Source: Candidatus Kerfeldbacteria bacterium RIFCSPLOWO2_02_FULL_42_19
GTDB taxonomy: Bacteria; Patescibacteriota; Patescibacteriia; HO2-48-17
DNA length: 64,000 nucleotides
NCBI GenBank assembly: GCA_001818315.1
Contig: MHKF01000012.1
Span: 128,080 to 192,079, forward strand
Direction of reading: 5' to 3'
Shown: piece by piece, positions 46,291 through 56,730 of the stretch
How positions within the stretch are numbered: position 1 is the stretch's first letter
How the letters are laid out: each line of letters begins with the position of its first letter
The notes under the pieces: model-generated
Databases searched by the model: none
What the model saw: the letters and a program-made list of their open reading frames with translations, nothing else
Told to the model about the DNA's origin: nothing
Position numbers and translations under genes: made by a program

Positions 46291-47318
46291 TCACAACCAA
46301 CGGATGATTTCCTGGGAAACAGAAAATTTTTTAAGAAAAGCTTTGCGTTCCGTTTTCATCTTAACGTACCCAAGCGTTGTATTCTTTGAGTCGCCCCTGC
46401 TTCTCATAAAGAAGGCGTGGATTCAGGATTTCTCGGGGAATTTGTTTGAGAAGCATGGCGTTCTCGGGTGCGTTCACGTTAGCGATCTCGTACCCGAAGT
46501 CAGGATCGCGTTGCCATCGAATTTTTCCTTCAATCATAACTTCTAACATGGCCGAGGAGTGAGGAATTTTTATTTTGAGCGCACGCCCTGCTGAGACGTC
46601 TTGTGCATCACCACCGATAAACCCTGTGTTCATCATCCACATCTCAACTCCTTTCATGCTCCTGGCAATCTCACTGAAACGTTCGGCCTGAAGACGATGA
46701 ATTCTGGGGAAGAAGGGCTGTGTAAATGGGGATCGAATTCTGCCGTGTTCTTTCCCTGCAACCGAGGTTTTAGTGGTCTCTCCGAGCATAAAATACGCTG
46801 TAGCCTGTGCGGGCGAAGTGAAGCGGAGGATGCCTGGCGTTGCAGCGTCGCTCCCTGCATCACGATTCAAAATCCCCATAAGCTTGACTTGCGGGATATT
46901 TCGAAAATTTGCAGCATTTTTTATTGCGCTCATTGGGATGATCGAACGACTGTTCTGAGTCCAGATCACAAAATCCCATCCATCTTTTGAGATGCCGCGT
47001 TCATCAACGATTTCTTTAAATGAAACTTTTGACAAAATATAGTTGTCCACATTTTCAGCCACGGCGCCGTTGCGATTCGATCAGCTTCTGCGCCTTTTCT
47101 GGAGGAATTGTATTCGAGGAGTAGCAGTCCTTCTCCGCATCAGGAGCAATAATGTAGGTGTATTGATCTATCCTCGCTTTGTTCCGCGAGATCTTGTTCA
47201 AACTCCCGTAAGCAGTTCGGATCGTTACCGATGTGTATTCCAATGCGAGTTCCTGGAGTTCTTTCTGATTTGGATTTTCAATATATCTTACTTTGTAAGG
47301 TTTCAAATTGTGTGACAT
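46291..47318 (-). pseudogene. pckA: PEP carboxykinase (ATP) pseudogene with an internal deletion and frameshifts
   Basis: An N-terminal piece of about 84 aa joins out of frame to AENV...AYFMLGET...PFF...NTG.IGG...KIKI; the central ATP-binding part is absent; second frameshift near 46361. Confidence 0.7.
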
Positions 47319-47399
47319 GTCCGTCTGCTTTACTACTTTTGAACCTACTGGTATCTTATATTAAGCTTGGCTATTTTATGAGTCTTTTTCTTATTATTT

Positions 47400-48233
47400 A
47401 TGGGTTCTGAATCAATAAAATACGAGATTACACCTCCAAAGGGACTTATAAGGTTCAACCTTCCGGAGATTTGGAGATTTAAGGACCTGTTTTATATTTT
47501 GGTCTGGCGAGATATTAAGGTTCGGTATAAGCAGACGGTTTTAGGTATTCTGTGGGCTCTGTTTCAGCCATTTTTGACGATGGTGATTTTTACTATCTTC
47601 TTTAGTGTTTTTGCAAAAGTTCCTTCCGATAACGCCCCTTATCCCATTTTTGTTTATTCTGGTTTGCTCTTTTGGAACTATTATTCGACCGCTCTAACGA
47701 ATGCGAGTAATTCACTTATCAATAATGAGGGGATTGTGCAAAAAGTCTATTTTCCGCGTCTCATTTTACCGATCTCAACTGTGTTGACACCGATAGCAGA
47801 CTTTATATTTGCCTTTTTTATTTTATTGGGATTAATGGTTTATTATCATTTTACCCCCGGAATTTTAGGCCTTCTGCTTGTACCTCTCTTGCTTCTCATT
47901 TCTATTTTCAGCGCTCTTGGGCTTGGATTATTACTCTCTGCTGTGAATACTAAATATCGAGATGTTCGCTACATCCTTCCTTTCTTTATGCAAATTTTAC
48001 TTTTTATTACGCCTGTCATTTATCCCGTCTCTATTATTCCAGAACAATTTCGCTGGTTGGCTTTCTTTAATCCAATGACCGGCGTGATCACTCTTGCTCG
48101 CAATGTTATTATCGGGGTAGGGGAAGTAAATTTCGGACACATTGGTGTTTCCGTATTCGTGAGTGTCGTTTTACTCTTCATTGGCCTCGCTTACTTTAGA
48201 AAAACAGAACGCTTCTTCGCCGACGTATTATAA
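47400..48233 (+). CDS. wzm: Polysaccharide ABC transporter permease
   Basis: RDIKVRYKQT.LG..W, KVYFPR, YRD, TPV.YP and NPM motifs. Confidence 0.92.
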   Translation: MGSESIKYEITPPKGLIRFNLPEIWRFKDLFYILVWRDIKVRYKQTVLGILWALFQPFLTMVIFTIFFSVFAKVPSDNAPYPIFVYSGLLFWNYYSTALTNASNSLINNEGIVQKVYFPRLILPISTVLTPIADFIFAFFILLGLMVYYHFTPGILGLLLVPLLLLISIFSALGLGLLLSAVNTKYRDVRYILPFFMQILLFITPVIYPVSIIPEQFRWLAFFNPMTGVITLARNVIIGVGEVNFGHIGVSVFVSVVLLFIGLAYFRKTERFFADVL

Positions 48234-48247
48234 GGTATTATGATACT

Positions 48248-49474
48248 ATGCAATCAATTATTCAAGTTGAAAAACTGAGCAAAAAATTTCATATTGGCCA
48301 AAAAGAGCACTACTATTCTTTGCGTGACTCCTTAGTGGATGCCATCACTTTTAGGCAGAAAAAAAAATATGATATCTTCTGGGCATTGAAAGATATTAAT
48401 TTTGAAGTTCAACCCGGCGAAGCACTGGGAATTATAGGCCGCAATGGAGCTGGTAAAAGCACTCTCTTGAAAATTCTTTCTCAGATCACTCCGCCGACCA
48501 CTGGGCGAATCAAAATTGGAGGACATGTAGCTTCTCTCTTAGAGGTCGGTACTGGTTTTCACCCAGAACTCACAGGCCATGAAAATATTTACTTAAACGG
48601 TGCAATTTTAGGTATGTCCCGTAAAGAAATAAAAAGAAAGTTCGATGAGATTGTGACTTTTGCTGAAATTGAAAAATTTCTCAATACGCCAGTGAAACGT
48701 TATTCTTCTGGAATGTATGTAAGACTCGCTTTCGCTGTGGCTGCCCATTTGGAACCGGAGATATTAGTAATCGACGAGGTTTTAGCAGTTGGCGATGTTC
48801 AGTTCCAAAGAAAATGCTTGAATAAAATGAATGAAATTTCTCAAAAAGATGACCGCACGGTTCTTTTTGTCAGCCACAATACAGGAGCTATCCAGACTCT
48901 ATGTGAACATTGCATCTTGCTTGATCAAGGAAAAATAATAATGCAAGGAGACACTCCGAGAGTCATTGAGAAGTATTTGAGAACATTTAATGACACAATA
49001 CTGATTGATCGTAAAGACAGAATCGGTAAAGGTGAAATCCGACTTACAGATGTCTCTTTCGAAAATTCTGCAGGAGAAGAAGTCGCATCTTTCATCTCAG
49101 AAAAAGACGCTATACTTAAGATAAGGTACGAATCGGTGAACAATTCAGACACAGATTTGAGAGATGTTGATATTGGCATTGGAATAGATGATAGTATTGG
49201 TCAGAGAATTGCTGGTCTATCTACAGTTGGTAATAAAAATTTTCCTGACCGCATTAAAAAGAGTGGTTTGTTTATATGTACCATCAAAACATTACCTTTG
49301 AATACGGGACGCTTTTATCTGACCTTGATTTTACGCCACAAGGGCGAGATTATGGATTGGATTCAGCAAGCTGCCTTTTTTGATGTTGAGAACCTGCAAA
49401 ATTTCAACTATGGCTCATCGCTCTCAAGATCAGACGGCCCTTTTTTAATTAATCATTTATGGACAGTACAATGA
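48248..49474 (+). CDS. wzt: Polysaccharide ABC transporter ATPase with a Wzt C-terminal domain
   Basis: GRNGAGKST, YSSGM, DEVLAVGD and VSH motifs. Confidence 0.93.
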   Translation: MQSIIQVEKLSKKFHIGQKEHYYSLRDSLVDAITFRQKKKYDIFWALKDINFEVQPGEALGIIGRNGAGKSTLLKILSQITPPTTGRIKIGGHVASLLEVGTGFHPELTGHENIYLNGAILGMSRKEIKRKFDEIVTFAEIEKFLNTPVKRYSSGMYVRLAFAVAAHLEPEILVIDEVLAVGDVQFQRKCLNKMNEISQKDDRTVLFVSHNTGAIQTLCEHCILLDQGKIIMQGDTPRVIEKYLRTFNDTILIDRKDRIGKGEIRLTDVSFENSAGEEVASFISEKDAILKIRYESVNNSDTDLRDVDIGIGIDDSIGQRIAGLSTVGNKNFPDRIKKSGLFICTIKTLPLNTGRFYLTLILRHKGEIMDWIQQAAFFDVENLQNFNYGSSLSRSDGPFLINHLWTVQ

Positions 49475-50145
49475 TAGCGATTCAACAGTTCGTTTCAAAA
49501 ATCAGAGCTAGGTTTTTCAAATCTCAATATCTTGATCCCGATTTTGATAAACGAGGAGCAACGACCAACGAAGAAATTGATCTGTTTTGGCAAGACGAAC
49601 AAAGAGTCAAAGAGTACCTCGTTCAGGAACGTTTAGATTTCTTTCAGGAGGTAGCTCATAAAATACCTTATTCCGAAGATGTTAAATCAGTCATTGATAT
49701 CGGATGTGGCTCAGGACACGTTCTCTTCCATTATTCAAAGATACATCATATTAAGGAAGAAGCTCTCGTTGCGTGCGAAATCTCAATTCATGCTCTTTTG
49801 CAAGTGAATAAATTGCTTCCTAGGGTTAATCTACTAAGAGTTGATTTGCTTTTATTGCCCCATTTATTGAATCACAAGTTTGATTTGGCTATTGCTACTG
49901 AAATTCTCGAACACTTACAGCAACCCCAGAAGTACTTAAAGAGTATAATAGAGATACTGAATCTTGGAGGAAAAGTTCTCATTACTATCCCCAATGGTGA
50001 TCTCGACAATTGGAGCGGACACGTGAATTTCTGGAATAAGAATCAATTTAAAGAATTTCTTGGAAAATTCAATGAAATAGAGTTGGTATATTCGGAAACC
50101 TTATCAAGTAATGATCTTTTATTTGTAATTAAAAAAGTGAGATGA
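49471..50145 (+). CDS. Class I SAM-dependent methyltransferase
   Basis: DIGCGSG and EILEH motifs; ATGA overlap with the wzt stop. Confidence 0.85.
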   Translation: MIAIQQFVSKIRARFFKSQYLDPDFDKRGATTNEEIDLFWQDEQRVKEYLVQERLDFFQEVAHKIPYSEDVKSVIDIGCGSGHVLFHYSKIHHIKEEALVACEISIHALLQVNKLLPRVNLLRVDLLLLPHLLNHKFDLAIATEILEHLQQPQKYLKSIIEILNLGGKVLITIPNGDLDNWSGHVNFWNKNQFKEFLGKFNEIELVYSETLSSNDLLFVIKKVR

Positions 50146-51203
50146 TGAGCATTAGTATGAAGACAGTTCATTTCGCCATCTTAGGGTGCGGTAAAATTGG
50201 TACAAGGCATGCCGAAAAAATGCGTAGTGTGGATTATGTACGTCTCAATGCTGTATGTGATATAGTCGGTGAAAAAGCAGATATTCTCTCAGAGAAGCAT
50301 GTTTGTAGATCCTATCACAGCATAGAACAGATGCTTAAAGACCCGGATATCGATTTTGTGAATATTTGCACTCCTTCAGGCTTACACGCACAGCACTCCA
50401 TCATGTGTTTAAATGCCGGCAAGAATGTTCTCTGTGAAAAACCAATGGCACTTACCGTAAAAGATGCTGTCAATATGCGCAAGGCAGCTGAGAAAAACGG
50501 TAAAATGTTGTATGTTGTCAAACAGAATCGGTACAATCCACCAGTCAAACTCGTGAAGCAATTGATCGACGAAAAAAAATTTGGCAGACCCATTTTGGCT
50601 GTGGTAAATATGTTCTGGAATAGAAACGACGATTATTACAAAAGCGATCCTTGGCGTGGAACATTAAAACTCGATGGTGGAACGATTTATACACAAGCAA
50701 GCCATTTTGTCGATTTGCTTCTTATGTTTTTGGGTAAACCAAAGTCTGTCTACGCTTTAATAGGAACAAAGAACCATAACATTGAAATTGAAGACACAGG
50801 AGTGATCACCGTACATTTTGAAAATGGTGCTTATGGAACAATGAATTATACTACTTGTGCCACAAAGAAGAATTTTGAAGGATCTATAACCCTCATCTTT
50901 TCCAAAGGCACTATTAAGATCGGCGGAGAGTATATTAATACCATCGAATACTTTCAAGTTGAAGGTGTAGATGGTTACGAACTAGAGCCCAGTGTAGTGG
51001 AAGCTAATGATTACGGTACATACCGTGGTTCTATGTCAAATCATCATGAAGTTTTTAAGGACATCGTCAGAAAGTTTAACAACAGTCAAGATAATGGTAA
51101 CCTTGTATATGGAGACGAAGCAATTGAGACTATCGCTTTAATTGAAAAAGCTTTGGAGTCAGCACGAAACGAAAAAATAATAACTATAAAAGATGAACTA
51201 TGA
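50142..51203 (+). CDS. Gfo/Idh/MocA-family oxidoreductase (nucleotide-sugar 3-dehydrogenase-like)
   Basis: GCGKIG, CTPSGLH, CEKPM, QNRYN and WRGT...DGG...QASH motifs. Confidence 0.88.
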   Translation: MMSISMKTVHFAILGCGKIGTRHAEKMRSVDYVRLNAVCDIVGEKADILSEKHVCRSYHSIEQMLKDPDIDFVNICTPSGLHAQHSIMCLNAGKNVLCEKPMALTVKDAVNMRKAAEKNGKMLYVVKQNRYNPPVKLVKQLIDEKKFGRPILAVVNMFWNRNDDYYKSDPWRGTLKLDGGTIYTQASHFVDLLLMFLGKPKSVYALIGTKNHNIEIEDTGVITVHFENGAYGTMNYTTCATKKNFEGSITLIFSKGTIKIGGEYINTIEYFQVEGVDGYELEPSVVEANDYGTYRGSMSNHHEVFKDIVRKFNNSQDNGNLVYGDEAIETIALIEKALESARNEKIITIKDEL

Positions 51204-52174
51204 AACAAGTTCGTATTCTTTTGACATCCGTTGGAGTTGAAACAGGTCCTAATGTCATTAATGCACTAAAAAAATCTTCTGACTTCACTCCATATATTAT
51301 TGGCACGGATAACGATCCTCTTGCTGCAGGTCTGTATTTATGTGATGAAAAAGTTATTGCCCCTAGGATAGATACGCCTGATTATATGTCACATCTTATG
51401 CAAGTTTGTCATACATACAGGGTTGATATCATTATTCCACTCCTCTCAAAGGAAATGCCTTTCTTTGCTAGTGCATCCCAACTCTTAAAAGAGAAAGCAG
51501 GAATTAAAATCGCGATTTCTGATCCAAAAACTATTCAACTTTGTGCAGATAAAAATTTGTTCGTGAAGTTCTTAATTGATCATAATATCCCAGCTCCTCG
51601 TGCTTTTGATGAGCAAGACATAAAGGAAACAGATTTTCCTCTCTTTGTCAAGCCTATTACTGGCAGTTCGAGTCGTTATGCTATTCGAGTGAATTCTCTT
51701 GCTGATCTTGAATATATCAAAAGAATTGCCGGTCCACTTTCCATTCAAGAATTACTCACCGGACCCGAGTACACCGTCGATACATTATGTGATTTAGAAG
51801 GTACATTGGTCACAGCCGTCATTAGGGAACGTCTTGAGGTTAAAGATGGTAAAGCAGTCAAAGGGCGTACAGTGAAAGATGATGATTTGATACAGCTTAT
51901 CAAGAATCTTGTAAGTTATGTGAAAATTATTGGTCCATCCAATATTCAATGCATTAAAAATCAAGGAATTTATACATTTTTTGAAATTAATACGCGCTTC
52001 TCTGCCGGTGGACTTCCTCTCACTGTTGTAGCAGGAGTCAATTTACCTGCTTTGCTTGTGAAAATACATCTTGGAATGGAAATTCATCCCGAAGAGTTGT
52101 TGTATAGAGAGAATGTATATATGAGCAGATATCTCACCGAGGTCTTTCCTCAACCAGTAAGGAATTTACTATGA
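51200..52174 (+). CDS. ATP-grasp domain protein
   Basis: DK, FP.FVKP..GS.S, IQE...GPEYTVD and EIN.RF motifs. Confidence 0.85.
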   Translation: MKQVRILLTSVGVETGPNVINALKKSSDFTPYIIGTDNDPLAAGLYLCDEKVIAPRIDTPDYMSHLMQVCHTYRVDIIIPLLSKEMPFFASASQLLKEKAGIKIAISDPKTIQLCADKNLFVKFLIDHNIPAPRAFDEQDIKETDFPLFVKPITGSSSRYAIRVNSLADLEYIKRIAGPLSIQELLTGPEYTVDTLCDLEGTLVTAVIRERLEVKDGKAVKGRTVKDDDLIQLIKNLVSYVKIIGPSNIQCIKNQGIYTFFEINTRFSAGGLPLTVVAGVNLPALLVKIHLGMEIHPEELLYRENVYMSRYLTEVFPQPVRNLL

Positions 52175-53175
52175 GAATAGCTGGTTCACAGATTCTCGTT
52201 ACAGGTGGTGCAGGATTTATCGGCTCTCATATAGTTGCATCACTTGTGAGAGATGGAGCTCGTGTGACAGTTTTTGATAATTTTAGCTTTGGACGCCATG
52301 AGAATTTATCCAAAATTGCGAATAATATTGAAGTAATAGAGGGAGATATTCTCGACGAAAAAAAACTTAATAAAGTAATGAAGGGTAAAAATATCGTTTC
52401 ACATCAAGCTGCGCAGTTGGAAATATTTTTAGCTAGCGCTGATCCGTACGCAGATCTTAAAATAAATACACTTGGAACCCTCAATGTTTTACAAGCCGCT
52501 CAAAAAAATGGTGTCGCTAAGGTAATTAATGCTTCATCCGCTTGCGTTTATGGACAAAAAAATGGTTCCGTAACTGAAGAGAGTATGCCTATACCAAATT
52601 GGGAATATGGTGTGAGTAAACTAGCTGCTGAAAGATATGGTACTATCTATTCAACTTATAAGAATTTACCAGTTGTTAGTTTGCGTTATGGTATTACTTA
52701 TGGTCCTAGAGAATGGTTTAGGCGCGTTTTGACGATATTCATTAAACGTGCAATTCAAGGAAAAGACTTAGTCATTTTCGGTGAAGGTGCACAAATCCGT
52801 GATTTTATCTCCGTCCACGATGTTGTCGCACTTCATAATTTCGCAATACAAGACGATATTTGTCAAGGAGATTCCTTTAATGTTGGTACCAATATCGGTA
52901 CAAGTATCAAGGAGCTTGCAGAAATAGTCATAAAAGTAACTGGTAGGAATTTAAAGATTCTCCACGAAGACATCAGAGAAGGTGAATTTTCTAAACTTGT
53001 TCCCGAGAAAAAACGCAATACTGCTGAACTTCAATGTATGCTTCTAGATTCGAGTAAAGCCACCAAAGTATTTAGGTGGAAACCGTTAGTATCTCTAGAA
53101 CAAGGCATACGAGAAGAATATGAATGGGCACAAGAAAATTTGAGCTTTTGGAAAAAAATACACTACTCAGCCTGA
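52171..53175 (+). CDS. NAD-dependent epimerase/dehydratase
   Basis: TGGAGFIGSH, SSA.VYG and YGVSK motifs. Confidence 0.9.
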   Translation: MRIAGSQILVTGGAGFIGSHIVASLVRDGARVTVFDNFSFGRHENLSKIANNIEVIEGDILDEKKLNKVMKGKNIVSHQAAQLEIFLASADPYADLKINTLGTLNVLQAAQKNGVAKVINASSACVYGQKNGSVTEESMPIPNWEYGVSKLAAERYGTIYSTYKNLPVVSLRYGITYGPREWFRRVLTIFIKRAIQGKDLVIFGEGAQIRDFISVHDVVALHNFAIQDDICQGDSFNVGTNIGTSIKELAEIVIKVTGRNLKILHEDIREGEFSKLVPEKKRNTAELQCMLLDSSKATKVFRWKPLVSLEQGIREEYEWAQENLSFWKKIHYSA

Positions 53176-53185
53176 TTAGAAAAAC

Positions 53186-53899
53186 ATGAAAAAAGTTAAC
53201 ACGAGTTACTACCAATCCACAGACGGTCAGAACGTGAAAAGAATCTTAGTTGACTCCTATCTGATCTTTATTAACGAGATAATCGAGCAAGGCGATTTCA
53301 ACACCGTTATACAAATGGGTTATGGCGATGGTGAAGTGATTGAAAGACTGATGAACAAAGTCAAGCATGTTATCGTTATCGAGGGCGATTATGAGCTTTA
53401 CCGTAGAGCGATCGCTGAACACAAAAAAAATGATCATGTACTAATTATCAATTCTTTTTTTGAGCATTTTTTCCTAAAAAACAAAGTTGATCTTGTGCTC
53501 GGTAATCATGTTCTTGAACATGTTGATGATCCCGGCACTGTATTACATATGACTCGTCAGTGGCTCAAAAATACTGGTAAAGCGCTTTTTACTGTTCCAA
53601 ATGCTACATCTCTTCATCGTAGAATAGGTAAGGAAATGGGTTTATTGAAATCGATTTATGATTTGAACCCACAAGATCGCAAAGTTGGCCATCAAAGAGT
53701 TTATGATTGGCAATCATTTAATGATGAACTTCAAAATTCAGGTTACAAAATAATCAAAGCAGGTGGCTTTAACATTAAGTTGACATCACAAAAACAGATG
53801 AAAGATTGGTCTCATGAATTGTTGCGCGCTATTTTTTTAATTAGCCTCGAATGCCAACCACAAATATGCTCAAACCTTTATGCAATCTGCCGAAATTAA
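53186..53899 (+). CDS. Class I SAM-dependent methyltransferase
   Basis: MGYGDG, HVLEHV.DP and VPNA.SLHR motifs. Confidence 0.82.
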   Translation: MKKVNTSYYQSTDGQNVKRILVDSYLIFINEIIEQGDFNTVIQMGYGDGEVIERLMNKVKHVIVIEGDYELYRRAIAEHKKNDHVLIINSFFEHFFLKNKVDLVLGNHVLEHVDDPGTVLHMTRQWLKNTGKALFTVPNATSLHRRIGKEMGLLKSIYDLNPQDRKVGHQRVYDWQSFNDELQNSGYKIIKAGGFNIKLTSQKQMKDWSHELLRAIFLISLECQPQICSNLYAICRN

Positions 53900-54533
53900 A
53901 AAATCACTCTTTGTCGATATAGATGGACCGATTCTGGACGTTTCTGAACGGTATTATAATGTCTATTATGATTTTTGTAGACAGAATAATATAAGGCCGG
54001 TTTCTAAAAAGTATTACTGGCAAAAGAGACGCAGGAAACAAAATGTCTCTCTGAAGTCTTCACTTACGGAGAAATATAAAGAATTTTGGATAAAAACAAT
54101 AGAACTACCACAATACACTCATTTTGACACCATACGTCCACACACGATTGAAGTTCTTGCTAAACTGCAGCAAAATTGTAATCTGTACGCCGTGTCACTC
54201 AGACAGAACGCAGAAACAGAAAAAAAAACATTAAAGCAATTTGGCGTTTCCGAATTTTTTAATAACATTTATATCGCGCCACCTTCCCTTTTTGAGACAA
54301 TGAAGAACTGGCGGATTAAAAGAGCATTAATTCATGAGATTGCGTCACTGGGTGATATAATCATTGGAGACACACCTACTGATATTAAATGTGGTCAAAG
54401 TTTAAGATTCATTACGGTTGCAGTGCTCTCAGGCATAACGAACTACAGTCTGCTTAAGTCTTATCAGCCTGATTACATTATTAGAAAAATTGATTCTCTT
54501 CCAAGATTATTAGATAGAAACAATTTGCTATGA
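53880..54533 (+). CDS. HAD-family hydrolase
   Basis: DIDGPILD and IGDTPTD motifs. Confidence 0.85.
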   Translation: MQSAEIKKSLFVDIDGPILDVSERYYNVYYDFCRQNNIRPVSKKYYWQKRRRKQNVSLKSSLTEKYKEFWIKTIELPQYTHFDTIRPHTIEVLAKLQQNCNLYAVSLRQNAETEKKTLKQFGVSEFFNNIYIAPPSLFETMKNWRIKRALIHEIASLGDIIIGDTPTDIKCGQSLRFITVAVLSGITNYSLLKSYQPDYIIRKIDSLPRLLDRNNLL

Positions 54534-55627
54534 AGGTACCTTTAGTTGATTTAAAAAGACAATATGTTCAGATCCAATCTGAAATTGCAACGGCAATACA
54601 ACAGGTTATTACTGACACAGCCTTTGTCTTAGGGAAATATACGGAACAATTCGAAGTTGAGTTTGCTCGCTACTGCCAGGTTCAACATTGCGTTGGTTTA
54701 AATTCTGGCAGCGATGGTTTGTTACTCGCCTATATTGCTTGTGGCGTCAAAGCTGGTGATGAAGTGATTACTGTTGCCCATACCTTTTTCGCCACCACCG
54801 AACCCTTGGCTCATCTTGGTGCTACACCAGTCTTTGTTGATATTGATCCCACTACCTATCTTATTGATCCTGAAAAAATTGAAGCGGCTATAACTCCAAA
54901 AACTAAAGTGATTGTTCCTGTGCACCTTTATGGCCAAATGGCGGATATGACAAACATAATGGCTATCGCCAGGAAATATAACTTGAAAGTGATTGAAGAT
55001 TGTGCCCAAGCTCACGGTGCAACTCATCAAGGCCAAAAAGCCGGCACCTTCGGCGACATTGGAATCTATAGTTTTTACCCTGGAAAAAATCTTGGTGCTT
55101 ATGGCGACGCTGGTTGCATAGTTACCAACAATAGCGAATACGCTCAGTTAGTGAGAAAATTACGGGATCACGGCCGAAGCAGTAAATATGAATATGACAT
55201 TGCTGGTTATAGTTCTAGAATGGATGGTTTACAGGCAGCAATTCTCTCAACCAAATTAAAATATCTAGAGAAGTGGAATAAGGCAAGAAGAAAAGCCGCA
55301 GCTCACTACAATGAACTCTTACCTGAAGAAATTAAAAAACCAGTTGAAACGAAGAACAATCGTCATGTCTACCATCTTTATGTGATTGAGGTAGCGAATC
55401 GCAATAGAGTTCTTTCATATCTCACAGAGAATGGTGTTGAAGCTGGCATTCATTATCCTATTCCGTTGCACTTGCAACCACCCTACTCGGCATCAGTTAT
55501 GAGTCATACATCCTTACCTCGCACCGAAGCGGCTGCGAAAAATATTTTATCCCTACCTCTTTTCCCTGAGATCACCGACGAAGAACTTCAATATATCGTG
55601 CGTCAAGTTAAAACAGCAATAAAGTAA
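54530..55627 (+). CDS. DegT/DnrJ/EryC1/StrS sugar aminotransferase
   Basis: PVHLYGQ, EDCAQAHG and SFYPGKNLGAYGD motifs. Confidence 0.93.
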   Translation: MKVPLVDLKRQYVQIQSEIATAIQQVITDTAFVLGKYTEQFEVEFARYCQVQHCVGLNSGSDGLLLAYIACGVKAGDEVITVAHTFFATTEPLAHLGATPVFVDIDPTTYLIDPEKIEAAITPKTKVIVPVHLYGQMADMTNIMAIARKYNLKVIEDCAQAHGATHQGQKAGTFGDIGIYSFYPGKNLGAYGDAGCIVTNNSEYAQLVRKLRDHGRSSKYEYDIAGYSSRMDGLQAAILSTKLKYLEKWNKARRKAAAHYNELLPEEIKKPVETKNNRHVYHLYVIEVANRNRVLSYLTENGVEAGIHYPIPLHLQPPYSASVMSHTSLPRTEAAAKNILSLPLFPEITDEELQYIVRQVKTAIK

Positions 55628-56730
55628 TGAAAATTTTGATTCTCGATACTTATTATCCCGCATTCCTAGATGATTTTTATCATCGATATCCTACAATATC
55701 GGACGAAAAATATGAAGATCAGTTGCAAGCCTTACTGAACCAACAATTCGGCACTGCTGATTTTTACTCCAAAAATTTGCGTCTCTTAGGTCATGAAGCT
55801 AAAGATATTATTTATAATGCCGAATCATTACAAAACAAGTGGGCTCAAGAACATAATATACATTTTAAGTACAATATCACGGAAATCATTCCGATCTTGT
55901 ATCGATACCTTCAGAAAAGATGGCCGGAACGAATTTTGTTGGATCAAATTAAGAATTATCAACCGGATATTCTTTATATACAAAATGTGAGTGTTCTTTC
56001 TTCTGGTTTTCTCTATCGCATAAAGCCATCACTCAAAATGTTGGTCGGTCAAATTGCTTCGCCATTCGATTCTAAGATCGATCTCAGTGTTTATGATCTC
56101 TTGATCTCAGCAGCCCCAAACTTTGTCCAACACTTTCGTCAGCGAGGCTACGCTTCAGAACGCTTAAAAATTGGTTTTGAATCTACTATTCTTTCTCAAT
56201 TGAAGAAAAATCGAATAACTTGGAATACAATCTTTATCGGTGGTTTTACCGGTCCACATCTGAAAACTACTCGTCTTTTAGAAAAAGTTGCGGTCGAAGT
56301 TCCGATCGATTTTTGGGGCTATGACGCGTACAATTTGGACCATGACAGTCCGATACGACAACGTTTCCATGGGCCGGTTTGGGGAGTTGAAATGTATTCT
56401 GTTCTTCATAACTCTAAAATCGCAATCAATCGTCATGTAGATGAAGCCGAAAATTATGCTGGCAATATGCGAATCTACGAAGTAACTGGTACAGGCACTC
56501 TGCTCATCACTGATATGAAGGATAATTTAGGTGAGTTGTTTAAGATCGGCGAGGAAATCGAAACGTATTCTTCTCCTGAAGAGTTGATCGCAAAAATTAA
56601 GTTTTATTCTCATAATGAATCAGCACGTCAAAAAATTGCTCATGCCGGACAACAACGGACACTCAAAGACCATAATTATTATCAACGAATGAAAGAGCTC
56701 ATCCAGATTCTTAAAAGGTATACGCCATGA
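55627..56730 (+). CDS. CgeB-like glycosyltransferase, copy 1
   Basis: INRH, NMR.YE.TG.G.LLITD and IA.AGQQRTL..H.Y..R motifs. Confidence 0.82.
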   Translation: MKILILDTYYPAFLDDFYHRYPTISDEKYEDQLQALLNQQFGTADFYSKNLRLLGHEAKDIIYNAESLQNKWAQEHNIHFKYNITEIIPILYRYLQKRWPERILLDQIKNYQPDILYIQNVSVLSSGFLYRIKPSLKMLVGQIASPFDSKIDLSVYDLLISAAPNFVQHFRQRGYASERLKIGFESTILSQLKKNRITWNTIFIGGFTGPHLKTTRLLEKVAVEVPIDFWGYDAYNLDHDSPIRQRFHGPVWGVEMYSVLHNSKIAINRHVDEAENYAGNMRIYEVTGTGTLLITDMKDNLGELFKIGEEIETYSSPEELIAKIKFYSHNESARQKIAHAGQQRTLKDHNYYQRMKELIQILKRYTP

